Of a DNA stretch of 52,120 nt, positions 6,650-17,647 are shown in pieces. Within the stretch, counting starts at the first letter, position 1; every line of letters starts with the position of its first letter. The stretch lies in the NCBI GenBank assembly GCA_016188545.1, contig JACPHO010000003.1:1-52120 (forward strand), read 5' to 3'. Position numbers and translations under genes: made by a program. Source of the stretch: Candidatus Shapirobacteria bacterium (lineage in GTDB: Bacteria > Patescibacteriota > Microgenomatia > UBA12405). The notes below the pieces were generated by a model. It had not been told where the DNA came from. It saw only the letters and a program-made list of their open reading frames with translations, and did not search any database.

Positions 6650-8749
6650 TTACTCGTACCTTAGAGCATTTAAGGCTGAAATCTTCGTCGCCCTCTTAGA
6701 TGGATACCAGCCAGTGACAATACCCACAACAAAACTAATAGTTAGAATAAACGTTACGAAAAACAAAGGAATATAGCTAATATCGATCAGCCCTTGCCCC
6801 TTAAACATCGACACTGAGCTCAGGATCAAAGATAATAGTCGCCCACCTAAATATCCCAGAAGTATTCCCATGACTCCGCCTCCAACACCCATGATCATCG
6901 ACTCCGCCAAAAATAGTTCCCGCACCTCAGCGATCTGCATTCCCATTGCCTTCATCACTCCCACTTCCCGGGTCCGTTCTAGAAGAGATACTGTCATAGT
7001 ATTAAACATTCCCAAAGAGGCCACCGCCAAAGCAATTGTTCCCAAAAATCCTAGTAATAGTCGCAGAGTTCCAAACAAGTTTTCGATCTGGGCTACCGTA
7101 TCTAAGGTGCTCATAGTCCTAAACCCACTACTCTCTATCGATTTTCTCACTCCCAGCACCTTTCCCTGATCCTTTGTTAATACCTTAATTTGGGAATAGT
7201 TTTTTACTCCCAACTTCTTAGCATCCCCAATCTGAAAATAATAATAATTTGAAGCATCGTCATCAACCACTGCCTTGACTGTATAATCCGTCTCTTGTGA
7301 CTGAGTTCTACCACTCGAACCTGGAATCAGTCCATCAGGAATAATATATGACACCCCAAACTTTTGTCCCAAGATTGACTGTTTATCCATTCCAAACATT
7401 TTGACAAGACCAGAACTCACATATGCTTCTCCGGAGGGTAGGTCATTAAATACCAGATCCTCTTTTGGCTTAGCCGATTCACCTGTCTTTTTAAGTTCTA
7501 CCCATTCTACCCCGGCCGAATCAGTTGCCACCACCACATCAAATAATTTTGCCACTGCCGAATCTGATGCGCTCGCCGCTGCCATGGCTGATGGAGATGC
7601 AGAACTGGTTGACTCACCCAATACTGACCCACCTCCAACACCCACAAGGTACTCGTTTAGTGTTTTGAAACTAGTCAACTCTTCCCCATCTTCTTCCTTA
7701 AGTCCATTATCCCGAACACAACCAATTACCCATCTTTGGGCACCACTATCATCTAAAATGGGAATAGCTGTATCGCTGTCGTCCACTTGCCACAAGGAAG
7801 TTTTTAACCTTACCCATGGTGACAACTCCTTTCCACTAACTACATCTTCAACGTATTTCTGGCTGTTCGACCCTAAGTGGTATGATTCCCCCCACACTTT
7901 TTCTCCAACTACTCCACCCTCAACTCTCATCATATACCCCAAGTTTTCGCTGGAGCTGTCACATTTTTCAAAGACACTCAGCTTTTCTCCACCAACCGTA
8001 TTTAACCGATAGATTCCCTCGATAACCCGATCACCGACATTAACCTTAATCATTTCCTGGCTCACCCCAGCCACTGTTCCTTCACCAATTTTGTAGCCAA
8101 TATCTTTATCTTTAAACTCTGTCCCTGAGATCATCTTTACACCTACCGCTTTAATATACCTTTGGTCAACGCCAAACGCCATGATATCCGACACCGAGTT
8201 TCTGAATCTTACTTTTGATACCATCCCTACTACCGGAATAACTTCATCAACATCCCCAATTTCACTGATCTTTTTAATAAATTCGTCGTTCATTTTTAAA
8301 CTGGACACCTCTCCCAGTCCCACATCCAGCATCTTTAATTCATCAAGACGTGCCACCTTACTAATCACCATCCGCTCCAACCCATAACCAAGTGATACCA
8401 AAAATACAATTGCCCCAACTCCCACTGCCACCCCTCCGATAGTCACCATAGCTCTAACTTTTTTCGCCCGCAAATTTTTTAGAGCTAGCTCCACCATGTA
8501 CAATCTCGACACTTGCCCGCCACCACTTCTATCTATTCGCCTCATCAAGATATTGCACCCTCCCGATACCCGTTTCATCCCCAAAATTCGACCACAACGG
8601 TCACACATTTTCTTGAACAAATATAAAAACAGTAATAATATAAACACCACGTAAGACCAAATTGTCATTAACACCGCCTTTACTATTGTCGGTGTTGATC
8701 TAACTTTGTTGATACCGGTCAATAAATTAACTAACATATTTCTTCCCAC
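6650..8749 (-). CDS. MacB/FtsX-type ABC transporter permease with a large extracytoplasmic domain
   Basis: LALKNLRAKKVRAMVTIGGVAVGV (typical TM1), then a roughly 430-aa loop, then a C-terminal FtsX module (LGTIALAVASLGMFNTMTVSLLERTREVGVMKAMGM plus 2 further TMs). An 84-aa N-terminal extension with an extra TM and CxxC makes the start uncertain (alternative ATG at 8497). Confidence 0.88.
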   Translation of the reverse strand: MGRNMLVNLLTGINKVRSTPTIVKAVLMTIWSYVVFILLLFLYLFKKMCDRCGRILGMKRVSGGCNILMRRIDRSGGGQVSRLYMVELALKNLRAKKVRAMVTIGGVAVGVGAIVFLVSLGYGLERMVISKVARLDELKMLDVGLGEVSSLKMNDEFIKKISEIGDVDEVIPVVGMVSKVRFRNSVSDIMAFGVDQRYIKAVGVKMISGTEFKDKDIGYKIGEGTVAGVSQEMIKVNVGDRVIEGIYRLNTVGGEKLSVFEKCDSSSENLGYMMRVEGGVVGEKVWGESYHLGSNSQKYVEDVVSGKELSPWVRLKTSLWQVDDSDTAIPILDDSGAQRWVIGCVRDNGLKEEDGEELTSFKTLNEYLVGVGGGSVLGESTSSASPSAMAAASASDSAVAKLFDVVVATDSAGVEWVELKKTGESAKPKEDLVFNDLPSGEAYVSSGLVKMFGMDKQSILGQKFGVSYIIPDGLIPGSSGRTQSQETDYTVKAVVDDDASNYYYFQIGDAKKLGVKNYSQIKVLTKDQGKVLGVRKSIESSGFRTMSTLDTVAQIENLFGTLRLLLGFLGTIALAVASLGMFNTMTVSLLERTREVGVMKAMGMQIAEVRELFLAESMIMGVGGGVMGILLGYLGGRLLSLILSSVSMFKGQGLIDISYIPLFFVTFILTISFVVGIVTGWYPSKRATKISALNALRYE

Positions 8750-9569
8750 TTGTTTTTAAATAATCACTATTTTGCACCGTTTCCCTACCTCGCTTACCCT
8801 TTTTATTCCGTAGACCAACTGCCAACTTTTTAGCTCCTTTTTCGTCAAACTCTTCAACCAATAATCCATCAATGATATGAAACAGTTTAGTTGCATACCG
8901 CAGATACTCCAAATCGTGAGTGACCATCACCACCGTTCTCCCTTCATCTTGATTTAGAGCCCGCAGCAGTTCCATTAGTTCATCTCCTGAGACCGTATCT
9001 AAATTTCCTGTCGGCTCATCAGCCACCAAAATCAATGGATCAATCGTCAATGCTCGAGCCAAACTCACCCTCTGCTGTTGTCCCGACGATAACGAATTTG
9101 GATGATAATTATGCCACCCTTCTAATTTTACCTTACGTAACGATACCATTGCCTTCTCCTCAGCTTCTTCCTGAGTCAGCCCCCGAAGTCTATTTGGTAC
9201 ACAAACATTCTCCATGACATTTAAAGATTTGATCCATATGGGTTGCTGAAAAACAATTCCTATATTATTTTTTCTAAACGTGACTATTTCATCATCCCCC
9301 ATGCCATAGTAATCCTTGCCTTCCATAATAACTTTTCCCTCGGATGGTTTTTCTAAACCCAACAACGTATGCAGCAGTGTTGATTTTCCACACCCTGACG
9401 GTCCAAAGATTATCGCAAAGTCACCTTTATTAATTTTTAAATCAATTCCCTTGAGTACTTCCACCACCTGGTTACCCACATCAAAACTTTTTCTTATCCC
9501 TTGAGCCACTACCAAATTAGACGCGTTATTCTCTACTCTAGTTATTGTTTTCCTGTTTAGTGTTCTCAT
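8727..9569 (-). CDS. ABC transporter ATP-binding protein (MacB/LolD-like)
   Basis: Walker A GPSGCGKST; signature LSSGQQQRV; Walker B LVADEPTGNLD; H-loop VMVTHD. The start overlaps the upstream giant gene's stop as ATGA. Confidence 0.95.
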   Translation of the reverse strand: MRTLNRKTITRVENNASNLVVAQGIRKSFDVGNQVVEVLKGIDLKINKGDFAIIFGPSGCGKSTLLHTLLGLEKPSEGKVIMEGKDYYGMGDDEIVTFRKNNIGIVFQQPIWIKSLNVMENVCVPNRLRGLTQEEAEEKAMVSLRKVKLEGWHNYHPNSLSSGQQQRVSLARALTIDPLILVADEPTGNLDTVSGDELMELLRALNQDEGRTVVMVTHDLEYLRYATKLFHIIDGLLVEEFDEKGAKKLAVGLRNKKGKRGRETVQNSDYLKTSGKKYVS

Positions 9570-12500
9570 TGTGCTATTTTCCCTAAACTTCCAAAAAATC
9601 CAAAACTTTTAGATAAGCTGTTAACCACCAGATCTAGGGCTGACTTAGTTGCCTTCGGGGTTACCGTCACATTGTCAAATGATTCCACTTGATTCCCAAT
9701 CCTATCCTTAGATAATATTCTCAAATGGTATACCTGGGAAGGTTTCAGATCAGTAATCGTCACGACATGGTTCAAAGTAAAATTACCATCTTCCTGGGTT
9801 CGATTGGGATAATCTGAACCAGTACCTTCACCATATTCTACCTGACCAGTCGATGGCTCATCGGTGTTCCAATAAATAATTATCTGGGCCTTGGTAGCTT
9901 CTCCTACTCCACTCACCGCCCCTTCAACCCGCATGTCGGTAATTAGTGGAGGGCGCAAGTCAGTTGATGTCTTGAACTTACTAGTACTCATCTTGGCTTC
10001 ATTACCTACTTGGTCTTTACCTCGTACCAATATTACGTAGTCGGTCGCATCAAGTAGATCCTTAATCAACATTTGGTGATTAGTCGCCAACGACATACTT
10101 ACCTGGTCTCTGGTCATTTCCGGACGGCCTTCCGGATAGTAGCTGATGATTGAAGACACACCTGTATTTGTTTTCCATGACACCATGATCGTGGCGCTGG
10201 CCATACCTTTTACTTGCTGAATTTTTACTCCCTCAATCTTTGGCATTGGCAGTGTTTCATAATCATAATCATCAGAAGTAAATTTGTTTCCTTCTTCATC
10301 TTCCGCCACAATTTTTAGATGATATTTCGTACCCTCTTCTAAGTTGTCCAGTTTTACTGTGTAAGTCGACTCTGTCGTCGATGTCGTTAGCTCTGATACC
10401 GATCCATAGGCTGTTGTCTTACCATATTGGATCGATGCTTTCGTGGCATTGCTCAAACCAAACTTTACATAAACTGAATACAAACCAACATCAACTATCT
10501 TTACAACCGATACCAACGGTGCAGGGTTTGTCTTAAAACTATACTCAGACGACTCACCGGTATTTCCATCCTCATCAGTCCAGGTCGCTTTATAGTAATA
10601 AGTTGTCCCTGGATCAAGACCAGTTAAAGCAATTTCGTGGGCACTTAGCAAGTCAGATGAACCTACTTCTTCACCATAGTCACCAGAACTTTTTCCGTAT
10701 TTTACAAATGAATTTCCCTTGCGGTTTGTCGACCAAGACACCGTTGCAGTTTTAGTTTTTACTACCGCCGACGGTTCCGCTGAAAGAGTTGGGGGTACAC
10801 GCCATTTTCCGTCTGGAGTTAGAGCCACGGTTGTGCTGGCCGCACTACACTCATTGGTTGAATCGCAGGATTTTATACAATAATTGTATTTCAGTTGTGA
10901 CAGACCAGTATCAATATACGATGTTCCGGTTGTCGAGGAAGTATAGGCAAAATCAGTCATACTTGAAGTACAAACCGCCCCAGCAGTGGTACTTCGATAC
11001 ACCTTGTAAGTTGAGATTCCTGATCCACTAGCCTCTGGAGCATCCCAAGTTAAGGCCAACCTCCAACTACTAGTTTCCTTAATTGACACATCGGAAATAT
11101 CTAAGTTCCGAGCAGTCCCCGGTGCTGAAGTTGCTGCCTCAAAATCAACCGATGCATAGTTGTTGTAGTCAATATTACCTGCCTCATCCATAGCCACCAC
11201 ATACAAAGTATTTACCCCTTTTCGAGTCGCATATGCGCCCTTGGATAGGTAGGCTACAGCCAGCCCCACATCGTTTACATTACTCGCCGACGGAGTTTCA
11301 TTGAAAGAATAATAATATCTAATTCCTGACTGTTGCCCAAAATATGTTCCCGGGTCGGGGGTCGACCAGGAAAAAGCAAATTCATTGACTGTATTGCTAG
11401 TACCCACATCTGGGTAGGTCAATACTAAATCTCGGGGAGCACCTGGTGCTGACGAACTATAATAGTACGATGAAGTAGTATAGTCTGATACATTTCCCGC
11501 CACATCCTTAGTTCTCACATAGAATGTATTTGTCCCCGATTGATACCCTTGAATTCCTGTTGCCGATGTTCCCACTGTAAACACCTCCGTCGCTCCAACT
11601 GCGCCAGTCTTGTAATAGTATCCCTCCACACCTGCTCCGGTGTCACCAGCCCCACTCCAAGTAAATGTAAAACTGTTTGTTGCTGTATATCCAGGAGGAT
11701 CAGCTGTTATTGTATTTGGGTTACTTGGTGCTGAAGCGTCGAAACCAAAGATGTGAGTCGTTCCGACACCACTTGTCGTATTACCAGCCTCATCGACAGT
11801 TTTCATTCGAAAATAATATCTGTTCCCAGTACTCATTCCTGAACCTGTAAACGCTGAGGCTGTTGTGTAAGTTCCCAAAGTTACCGGATCGGCCGTTTCA
11901 CCAAGTCCGTAATATACATAGTATCCTGCAATACCGGAACCACCATCTCCATCACTTGCTCCTCCACTATCCCCGACTCCTGGCCAATCAAAATAAGGTG
12001 CCGTTGTCCCATAAAAAGTGTCAGTTATTAGGGTTGAACCCAGTCCAGACGAATCATAAACTGCTAGACCTGTGGGGTTACTTGGCGCAGTTGAGTCCTG
12101 ATAATAATTTAGGGTGAAATCATTAATCTCACCAGAATATATCCGATCGCCCGAAGATAATTCAAATTTTATTTGAATATATCGCTTCGCCGCCGAGCCA
12201 ACCCGATAGTTATAGTTTGTCCCCACCACTTTTTCTGACGAAGCTTCTACCCAACCATCCCATGCCAATCCATCATCAGACGTCCGGGTTGATACCACTA
12301 GACTAGTGTTACTCGCCGCACTATATCCCACCGAAAGATTGGCAAATCTAAACACCGCTCCCAAATCATAGCTATCTGTTATAAACGAACCACTGGCTCC
12401 TACTGCCGAATTTGCTGTTTGGATAACATAAGAATATAGTCCATTACCATAAGTGTTTGTGCCCGCACCGGCAATCACGTACATCCGATCTCCCGACTGA

Positions 12501-15500
12501 TTTACCACCCCAGCTCCACCGGCTGTAATCTGGGCGGGTGCACTCGTCCCTAAATCTCGCCAAGTATTTGTTCCCACAGAATAGGCAAAACAGTTACTAG
12601 TATTCCCTCCCCGACAAGCATACAACGTGTCTCCGATTCCCTTAACCACAAAACCATCAGCTGCAAAAGTCATTCCTGCCGGCAAATAAGCTACCGTCGG
12701 CGATGATGACCACAGCCCAACACCCGATAATGGACCGAATCGATAAAAAGCCGTCGTTCCTACCCCTCTGGTCGCGTACAAGTAATCTCCATATTTTTCC
12801 AAATCAGCACCGTATTGCATGTTCGCAGGAGTGTTTGGTAATGTCGACCACAATCCAGTATTCACCGAAAATCGATGGAAAGTTGTGGTGTTTCCCCCTC
12901 TTATTCGGTAGATATATTCACTTCCATCAAAGGTTAGCGCCGACCCTTCCCCTGCATCCGTTGGCATTGTTCCTCCACTTCCTGCCACATTTGACCAAGC
13001 ATCTGAAGCGATATCGTAGACCATAAACTTCTTATCATAAATACTCGTTGATGCATAAATTTTTTGATTAACATTGTCATAGACTAGCTCAGCCCCTACA
13101 TACATTCCCGCCGGAATATCAGCCAATTTTGTCACTTCACCAGTAGTCGCGTTATATCTAATGAATTGGTTGTCCACATTCCCTCTAGTAATATACAAAT
13201 TATTATTTTCACCTCTAATGATGTCCGCACCATAACTAAATGGCCGATAGTCAGTCCCTCTCCAAAAGCCCCCAAACAAATCCCAATTTGGCACTACCCA
13301 GGAGTTTGTCGAAATTTTGTACTTATACATGGTGGTGGAAGTTGCTCCTCGAACCACATACATATAGTCCCCATATCTTTTCATCGATGATCCATACCCC
13401 AGCGGTGCCGGTGCCTCAGACATCGTCGTCCAAGTTTGGTTACCGATGTCATATTTAAATAGGAAAGGTTTATCCCAACCAGGATTATAGTAGATCGATC
13501 CGGTAGTCGGGTCATGCTCAATTTGAGCTCCATAATATGCTAAGGCCGGTAAGTTGGTTAACGGTGTCCACGATCCGCCGTTAACATCGTAGACCGAAAA
13601 CCCAGATCTAGTTCCTCCCTGAATGGCATATACTTTTGCTCCAGCGATATCCATCGCCAGATCTCCTCCCAAACTAACTAAATTATTTACAGCCCGCTCA
13701 GGTGCTCCAAAATCCACATTAGCCATCACCTCCCAGACATCGTTCTGAGCATCGTATCGCATGAAGGTATCATCACCATTTCCTTTTAAAACATAAATAT
13801 ATCTTTCTCCATCAAAAACCAGGTTTGCCCCCTGATTAACTGGCGAAGGAGTATCTGACGCCAGTGCGTCAGACCAGAGGCTAGCTCCTATATCATATCT
13901 CCAGAAAGTATTTGTCGCCCCACCCCGAAGAGCATACAAATATCCACTTGGCCCACTAACAATCGACCCACCTCCCAACACCGTTGCTGGAGTGGTTGGA
14001 CCAACTGATACCACATCTGTTAATAAGTTATAAATATAAAAAATATTACTCGACCACCCCCGAAGTAAAAATAATCTATCTCCTTGGACTGCCGAATCTC
14101 CCCCATCATAAATTCCCGATGGCAGCACACTCAATCTCTCCTGCTGCCAAAAACCTGCAGTTCCTGACAGCCTGATTTTGTCTCCATTTATATCTACTCC
14201 TGCTGTTGTTCCCACTGAAAAATCTGCCGACGATGTTTTACTCAAACTAGCAAAGGGTGATACACCGTTATAAACATAGGTGAATGCTTCCCAAGTTTGA
14301 CTAATATTCCCCGAAGTATCCTTGGTTTTTAAAAGTAGATGATAAGTCCCTGTTACCATCGGTGTCGTCACTAAATAGTTAGGGTTCACTTGAAAATTCC
14401 CATTAGTAGTCGGATCAATAGTTGCTGAAGTTCCTGTCCCAAAATATACATAATAACCAGCAATCTCAGTCTGTGTATCAGTTGCTCCACTCCATACAAA
14501 ATATGGTTGGCTGTAGTTGTAAGTCAGACCACTAGTCAGACCAATTCCCAACACCTGTGACGAAGTTGCAGTTAGAGTGTTTGGATTTGTTGGAGCTGTC
14601 GAGTCTCCTTCATAACTCACTGATATTTGATCGACAAGTGGTGTATCCACTCCCCCCGTCGAAGAGCTTAACGTCGCCCCGATTTGCAGGTATCTATTTA
14701 CAGGACTACTGATTGTTCCACTCGAGCTCTGCCATGACGACCAGTTTGTTTTATCCGAGCTTGACCGAGTATTAACGTCGACTGATGAATCAGCCGGTGT
14801 TGTTTTCCCAACCGCCAAACCAGACCAACTCGACACATAACTTAGATCCATCACTCCCGAAGTCCACTGACCAGACGATCGATAGTTATCTGCACCTACT
14901 GTAAAACTTCTCAGCCACAATACATTCATCCCTGCGCTCGAATAAATTGTCCCGGCCCCATCCGATTCTAAAGATCCGCCATTGTATGGACCCAAATTAT
15001 ACGCATTATATCCAGGGATTTGAGATAACTGTCGCCATACCCCAGATGATATGTTGTATTCCCAATAGTCCTTTTTATAGTATCCTGCCTGAACATACAA
15101 CTTACCGTTGTAATACGTCATATCTGTCCCATAGTAAGGCGAAAATGGCAAGTTACCTAGAACCGTCCATGCATTGCTAGTAATGTTATATTTTAAAAAT
15201 TTTGCAATCCCATTTCCTCCAATATAAAAAAGTTCACTTGTCCCAACCCCAATTATTCTTGAACCATAGCCCGCTTCTGCATCATCAGGTAAATCAGCCA
15301 CCACCGTATCCTCCCAAGTTTGACCCACCCCAATGGTGTAACGCAAAAATGTTCTTGACAAAGCACCTCTTGTCGCATAGATATAATTACCAGCTCCAGG
15401 ATAAGCTAGACCAGCGCCATAATTTGGAGCCACTCCAGTCGGTGGTCCTTGCAGACTCGTCCAAGTTCCCCCCACCCCCACACTCGGGTCAAAACTATAA

Positions 15501-16750
15501 AATGCCGTAGTTCCCGCACCCCGTAGATAATAGATCTGGTTTCCCGCCACAACTCCCTTAGAATCAGTGGACAAAGCCACCTGACCGTTCGCCATTTGTT
15601 GCCAGCTGATACCCACACCCATGTTGTACCGATACATATTGGCCGTACCGCCGCGGTTATAGTATAAATAGCCGTTAAGATAGTTAATATCTGACCCCGT
15701 CCCTGGTGCTGCTGGTAAATCAGTTGGCCCCGCAAACTGATTGGTCACTGGGTTATATTTCCAAAAATCTTGTGAACCATTACCTCGAAAAACATAGACC
15801 ATATTTTCCGATGAGTTATACACCGAACCCACATGATAGATTGGCTGGGGTGTTCCTGCCAAACTAGTCCAGCTAGTTGTCCCGATGTTAAATGACCAAA
15901 AAGCCGTTGTTCCACTACCTCGAGTCACATAAATCATTGTTCCACCAATATCAATATTGTGATCTTCGTTTACCGCCACCGGTAACACGGCACTCGTCGA
16001 CCAAAGACTAGTTCCCAGGTCAAAAACATAAAAAGTGGTGGTGTTGTTACCCCTCGGGGTATACATTTTGTTGGTAGTAGGGCTATAAACTAAGTTTGCT
16101 CCCAAATAAATTGTGGCTGGAGGATTGTTCACCGAAGACCAACTATTGTTTTCAATGCTATATTTCCAAAAATCGGTTGTATTGTAACCTCTTAGACAAA
16201 AAATCTCCGTCCCATTGGTTGCCAATGAAGTACCGCCATAAGTAATATCCGGAAGCATCGCCATTTCTGACCAACTGTTCTCAATAATGGAATATCTGGA
16301 AAACTCTTTTTGATATCCTCCAAAAACCGCATAGATGTAATCTCCCTTAACCACCAAATCAGAGCCAGGGTAAGCATAATGCAACGAATCAGCCAGTCGT
16401 TCCCAACGATCTTCTTTGGGAAGATAACGCGCAAAGTAGTTATCGGAACTCGCCAATACATAGACATAGTCACCATCAGAAACAATTGCCGCCTGGTCTC
16501 CCAATCCCACATTTGGCACCGAGTTCACCCGTGGACCCCAGCTTCCACCAGCCTCCATTTTTAGTTGACCCAACTTGCTTCTCGACTCAGTATCGATATA
16601 TTTTCCATCATCAAAATCGGCAGAGGTAGTAATGTTCCTATCTAAAGCCAACGCTGATCTACTAATCTTCCACAATCCAAAGCTAAATACCGATCCCACC
16701 AAAGACCCCAATAATATAACCACCAAAATTAGTCTTCTGTCAGATAACAC
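9566..16750 (-). CDS. Giant membrane-anchored surface protein (2394 aa): Kelch-like beta-propeller arrays, jelly-roll modules, multiple FN3 domains
   Basis: N-terminal TM (LILVVILLGSLVGSVFSFGLW). Two long arrays of 45-50-aa blades (Y..RG.GT..F..Y......W..L), not counted exactly. Each array is followed by a beta-sandwich module and FN3 (APTNP..YFVWSGATD..GYYVYFG). Tandem FN3/purple-acid-phosphatase-N-like repeats at the C-terminus (TATVSWSTN..VKYG..GTTYYYK). Confidence 0.85.
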   Translation of the reverse strand: MLSDRRLILVVILLGSLVGSVFSFGLWKISRSALALDRNITTSADFDDGKYIDTESRSKLGQLKMEAGGSWGPRVNSVPNVGLGDQAAIVSDGDYVYVLASSDNYFARYLPKEDRWERLADSLHYAYPGSDLVVKGDYIYAVFGGYQKEFSRYSIIENSWSEMAMLPDITYGGTSLATNGTEIFCLRGYNTTDFWKYSIENNSWSSVNNPPATIYLGANLVYSPTTNKMYTPRGNNTTTFYVFDLGTSLWSTSAVLPVAVNEDHNIDIGGTMIYVTRGSGTTAFWSFNIGTTSWTSLAGTPQPIYHVGSVYNSSENMVYVFRGNGSQDFWKYNPVTNQFAGPTDLPAAPGTGSDINYLNGYLYYNRGGTANMYRYNMGVGISWQQMANGQVALSTDSKGVVAGNQIYYLRGAGTTAFYSFDPSVGVGGTWTSLQGPPTGVAPNYGAGLAYPGAGNYIYATRGALSRTFLRYTIGVGQTWEDTVVADLPDDAEAGYGSRIIGVGTSELFYIGGNGIAKFLKYNITSNAWTVLGNLPFSPYYGTDMTYYNGKLYVQAGYYKKDYWEYNISSGVWRQLSQIPGYNAYNLGPYNGGSLESDGAGTIYSSAGMNVLWLRSFTVGADNYRSSGQWTSGVMDLSYVSSWSGLAVGKTTPADSSVDVNTRSSSDKTNWSSWQSSSGTISSPVNRYLQIGATLSSSTGGVDTPLVDQISVSYEGDSTAPTNPNTLTATSSQVLGIGLTSGLTYNYSQPYFVWSGATDTQTEIAGYYVYFGTGTSATIDPTTNGNFQVNPNYLVTTPMVTGTYHLLLKTKDTSGNISQTWEAFTYVYNGVSPFASLSKTSSADFSVGTTAGVDINGDKIRLSGTAGFWQQERLSVLPSGIYDGGDSAVQGDRLFLLRGWSSNIFYIYNLLTDVVSVGPTTPATVLGGGSIVSGPSGYLYALRGGATNTFWRYDIGASLWSDALASDTPSPVNQGANLVFDGERYIYVLKGNGDDTFMRYDAQNDVWEVMANVDFGAPERAVNNLVSLGGDLAMDIAGAKVYAIQGGTRSGFSVYDVNGGSWTPLTNLPALAYYGAQIEHDPTTGSIYYNPGWDKPFLFKYDIGNQTWTTMSEAPAPLGYGSSMKRYGDYMYVVRGATSTTMYKYKISTNSWVVPNWDLFGGFWRGTDYRPFSYGADIIRGENNNLYITRGNVDNQFIRYNATTGEVTKLADIPAGMYVGAELVYDNVNQKIYASTSIYDKKFMVYDIASDAWSNVAGSGGTMPTDAGEGSALTFDGSEYIYRIRGGNTTTFHRFSVNTGLWSTLPNTPANMQYGADLEKYGDYLYATRGVGTTAFYRFGPLSGVGLWSSSPTVAYLPAGMTFAADGFVVKGIGDTLYACRGGNTSNCFAYSVGTNTWRDLGTSAPAQITAGGAGVVNQSGDRMYVIAGAGTNTYGNGLYSYVIQTANSAVGASGSFITDSYDLGAVFRFANLSVGYSAASNTSLVVSTRTSDDGLAWDGWVEASSEKVVGTNYNYRVGSAAKRYIQIKFELSSGDRIYSGEINDFTLNYYQDSTAPSNPTGLAVYDSSGLGSTLITDTFYGTTAPYFDWPGVGDSGGASDGDGGSGIAGYYVYYGLGETADPVTLGTYTTASAFTGSGMSTGNRYYFRMKTVDEAGNTTSGVGTTHIFGFDASAPSNPNTITADPPGYTATNSFTFTWSGAGDTGAGVEGYYYKTGAVGATEVFTVGTSATGIQGYQSGTNTFYVRTKDVAGNVSDYTTSSYYYSSSAPGAPRDLVLTYPDVGTSNTVNEFAFSWSTPDPGTYFGQQSGIRYYYSFNETPSASNVNDVGLAVAYLSKGAYATRKGVNTLYVVAMDEAGNIDYNNYASVDFEAATSAPGTARNLDISDVSIKETSSWRLALTWDAPEASGSGISTYKVYRSTTAGAVCTSSMTDFAYTSSTTGTSYIDTGLSQLKYNYCIKSCDSTNECSAASTTVALTPDGKWRVPPTLSAEPSAVVKTKTATVSWSTNRKGNSFVKYGKSSGDYGEEVGSSDLLSAHEIALTGLDPGTTYYYKATWTDEDGNTGESSEYSFKTNPAPLVSVVKIVDVGLYSVYVKFGLSNATKASIQYGKTTAYGSVSELTTSTTESTYTVKLDNLEEGTKYHLKIVAEDEEGNKFTSDDYDYETLPMPKIEGVKIQQVKGMASATIMVSWKTNTGVSSIISYYPEGRPEMTRDQVSMSLATNHQMLIKDLLDATDYVILVRGKDQVGNEAKMSTSKFKTSTDLRPPLITDMRVEGAVSGVGEATKAQIIIYWNTDEPSTGQVEYGEGTGSDYPNRTQEDGNFTLNHVVTITDLKPSQVYHLRILSKDRIGNQVESFDNVTVTPKATKSALDLVVNSLSKSFGFFGSLGKIAQ

Positions 16751-16821
16751 TTTTGCTAAAATAATTACAATTTTTCTATTATAAATTTACACTTTTTTGA
16801 CTATATATACAACCAATTTCA

Positions 16822-17616
16822 TTAATATGTAACGGTTACATCTCCCATATTATCGGTTCTTTTAATTTTTATCCCCCTCTCTTCCAGTCTTTTTAGCACC
16901 ACTTTTCCAGGATGACCAAATTTATTGTTTTTACCTACTGAAATTACCGCCTCTTTTGGGTTTACCTCATCGAGAAGCTCTTCCGAAGTCGCCATGTCCG
17001 ATCCATGGTGACTTATTTTTAAAATATCTACTTCATTCGACAAAGATTTTAATTTTTCTTGCCACACCAAACTTTGTTCAACCTCCATCGGAGCGTCACC
17101 CATCATAAGAATTTTTACCTGCCTGCCGGAAGGCAGGTCCTTATAACGCAGCACCCCCACTAGTGAATTTTCATTCGAGTCCCCATCGTCAACATTTTTA
17201 CTCAGTATTTCAAAATCTATCCCACCATATCTGATAATGTCATTCTCTCCTATAATAGTTGGATAAAATTTTTGTTCATCCCCCGCCGGAGGAAGTCGAT
17301 TACTATACAGTTTTTCAATCTTATAATAACGAGAAATATCCGGTAAGCCTCCACTATGATCGATATCCCAATGACTCAAAACCACTGTTTCAATGTTTTT
17401 GTCCCAAAAAGGTAAGTGTCTCGATAAGCAACTGAGCATTCTTTGATTATTCCCTCCAGTATCAATCAACATTTGAAAACTACCGCTGATTATCAGTGCC
17501 CCATCACCTTGACCTACGTCACAAAAGACCACTTTCACTTTTGAATCCCCAATGGATCGCCAGACCATCAACAGTAAAGCTACCAAACTAATAACTACCC
17601 ACCATTTGTATTTCAT
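16822..17616 (-). CDS. comEC: ComEC C-terminal metallo-beta-lactamase domain protein (separate ORF)
   Basis: N-terminal TM, then MBL motifs VVFCDVGQGDGALI, HWDIDHSGG, ISHHGSD. Confidence 0.85.
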   Translation of the reverse strand: MKYKWWVVISLVALLLMVWRSIGDSKVKVVFCDVGQGDGALIISGSFQMLIDTGGNNQRMLSCLSRHLPFWDKNIETVVLSHWDIDHSGGLPDISRYYKIEKLYSNRLPPAGDEQKFYPTIIGENDIIRYGGIDFEILSKNVDDGDSNENSLVGVLRYKDLPSGRQVKILMMGDAPMEVEQSLVWQEKLKSLSNEVDILKISHHGSDMATSEELLDEVNPKEAVISVGKNNKFGHPGKVVLKRLEERGIKIKRTDNMGDVTVTY

Positions 17617-17647
17617 TGTATTTTCTAACCCAACTCAATATCTTTCG

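Noticed and set aside
6870-16564. Numerous 60-200-aa plus-strand ORFs antisense to the permease and the Kelch giant, and similar antisense ORFs inside the other giants at 33.6-37.3 kb and 40.3-45.3 kb
   Set aside because: They are low-complexity P/S/T/L-rich translations of the antisense strand of clearly coding genes. This is expected from compositional bias, and there are no motifs.
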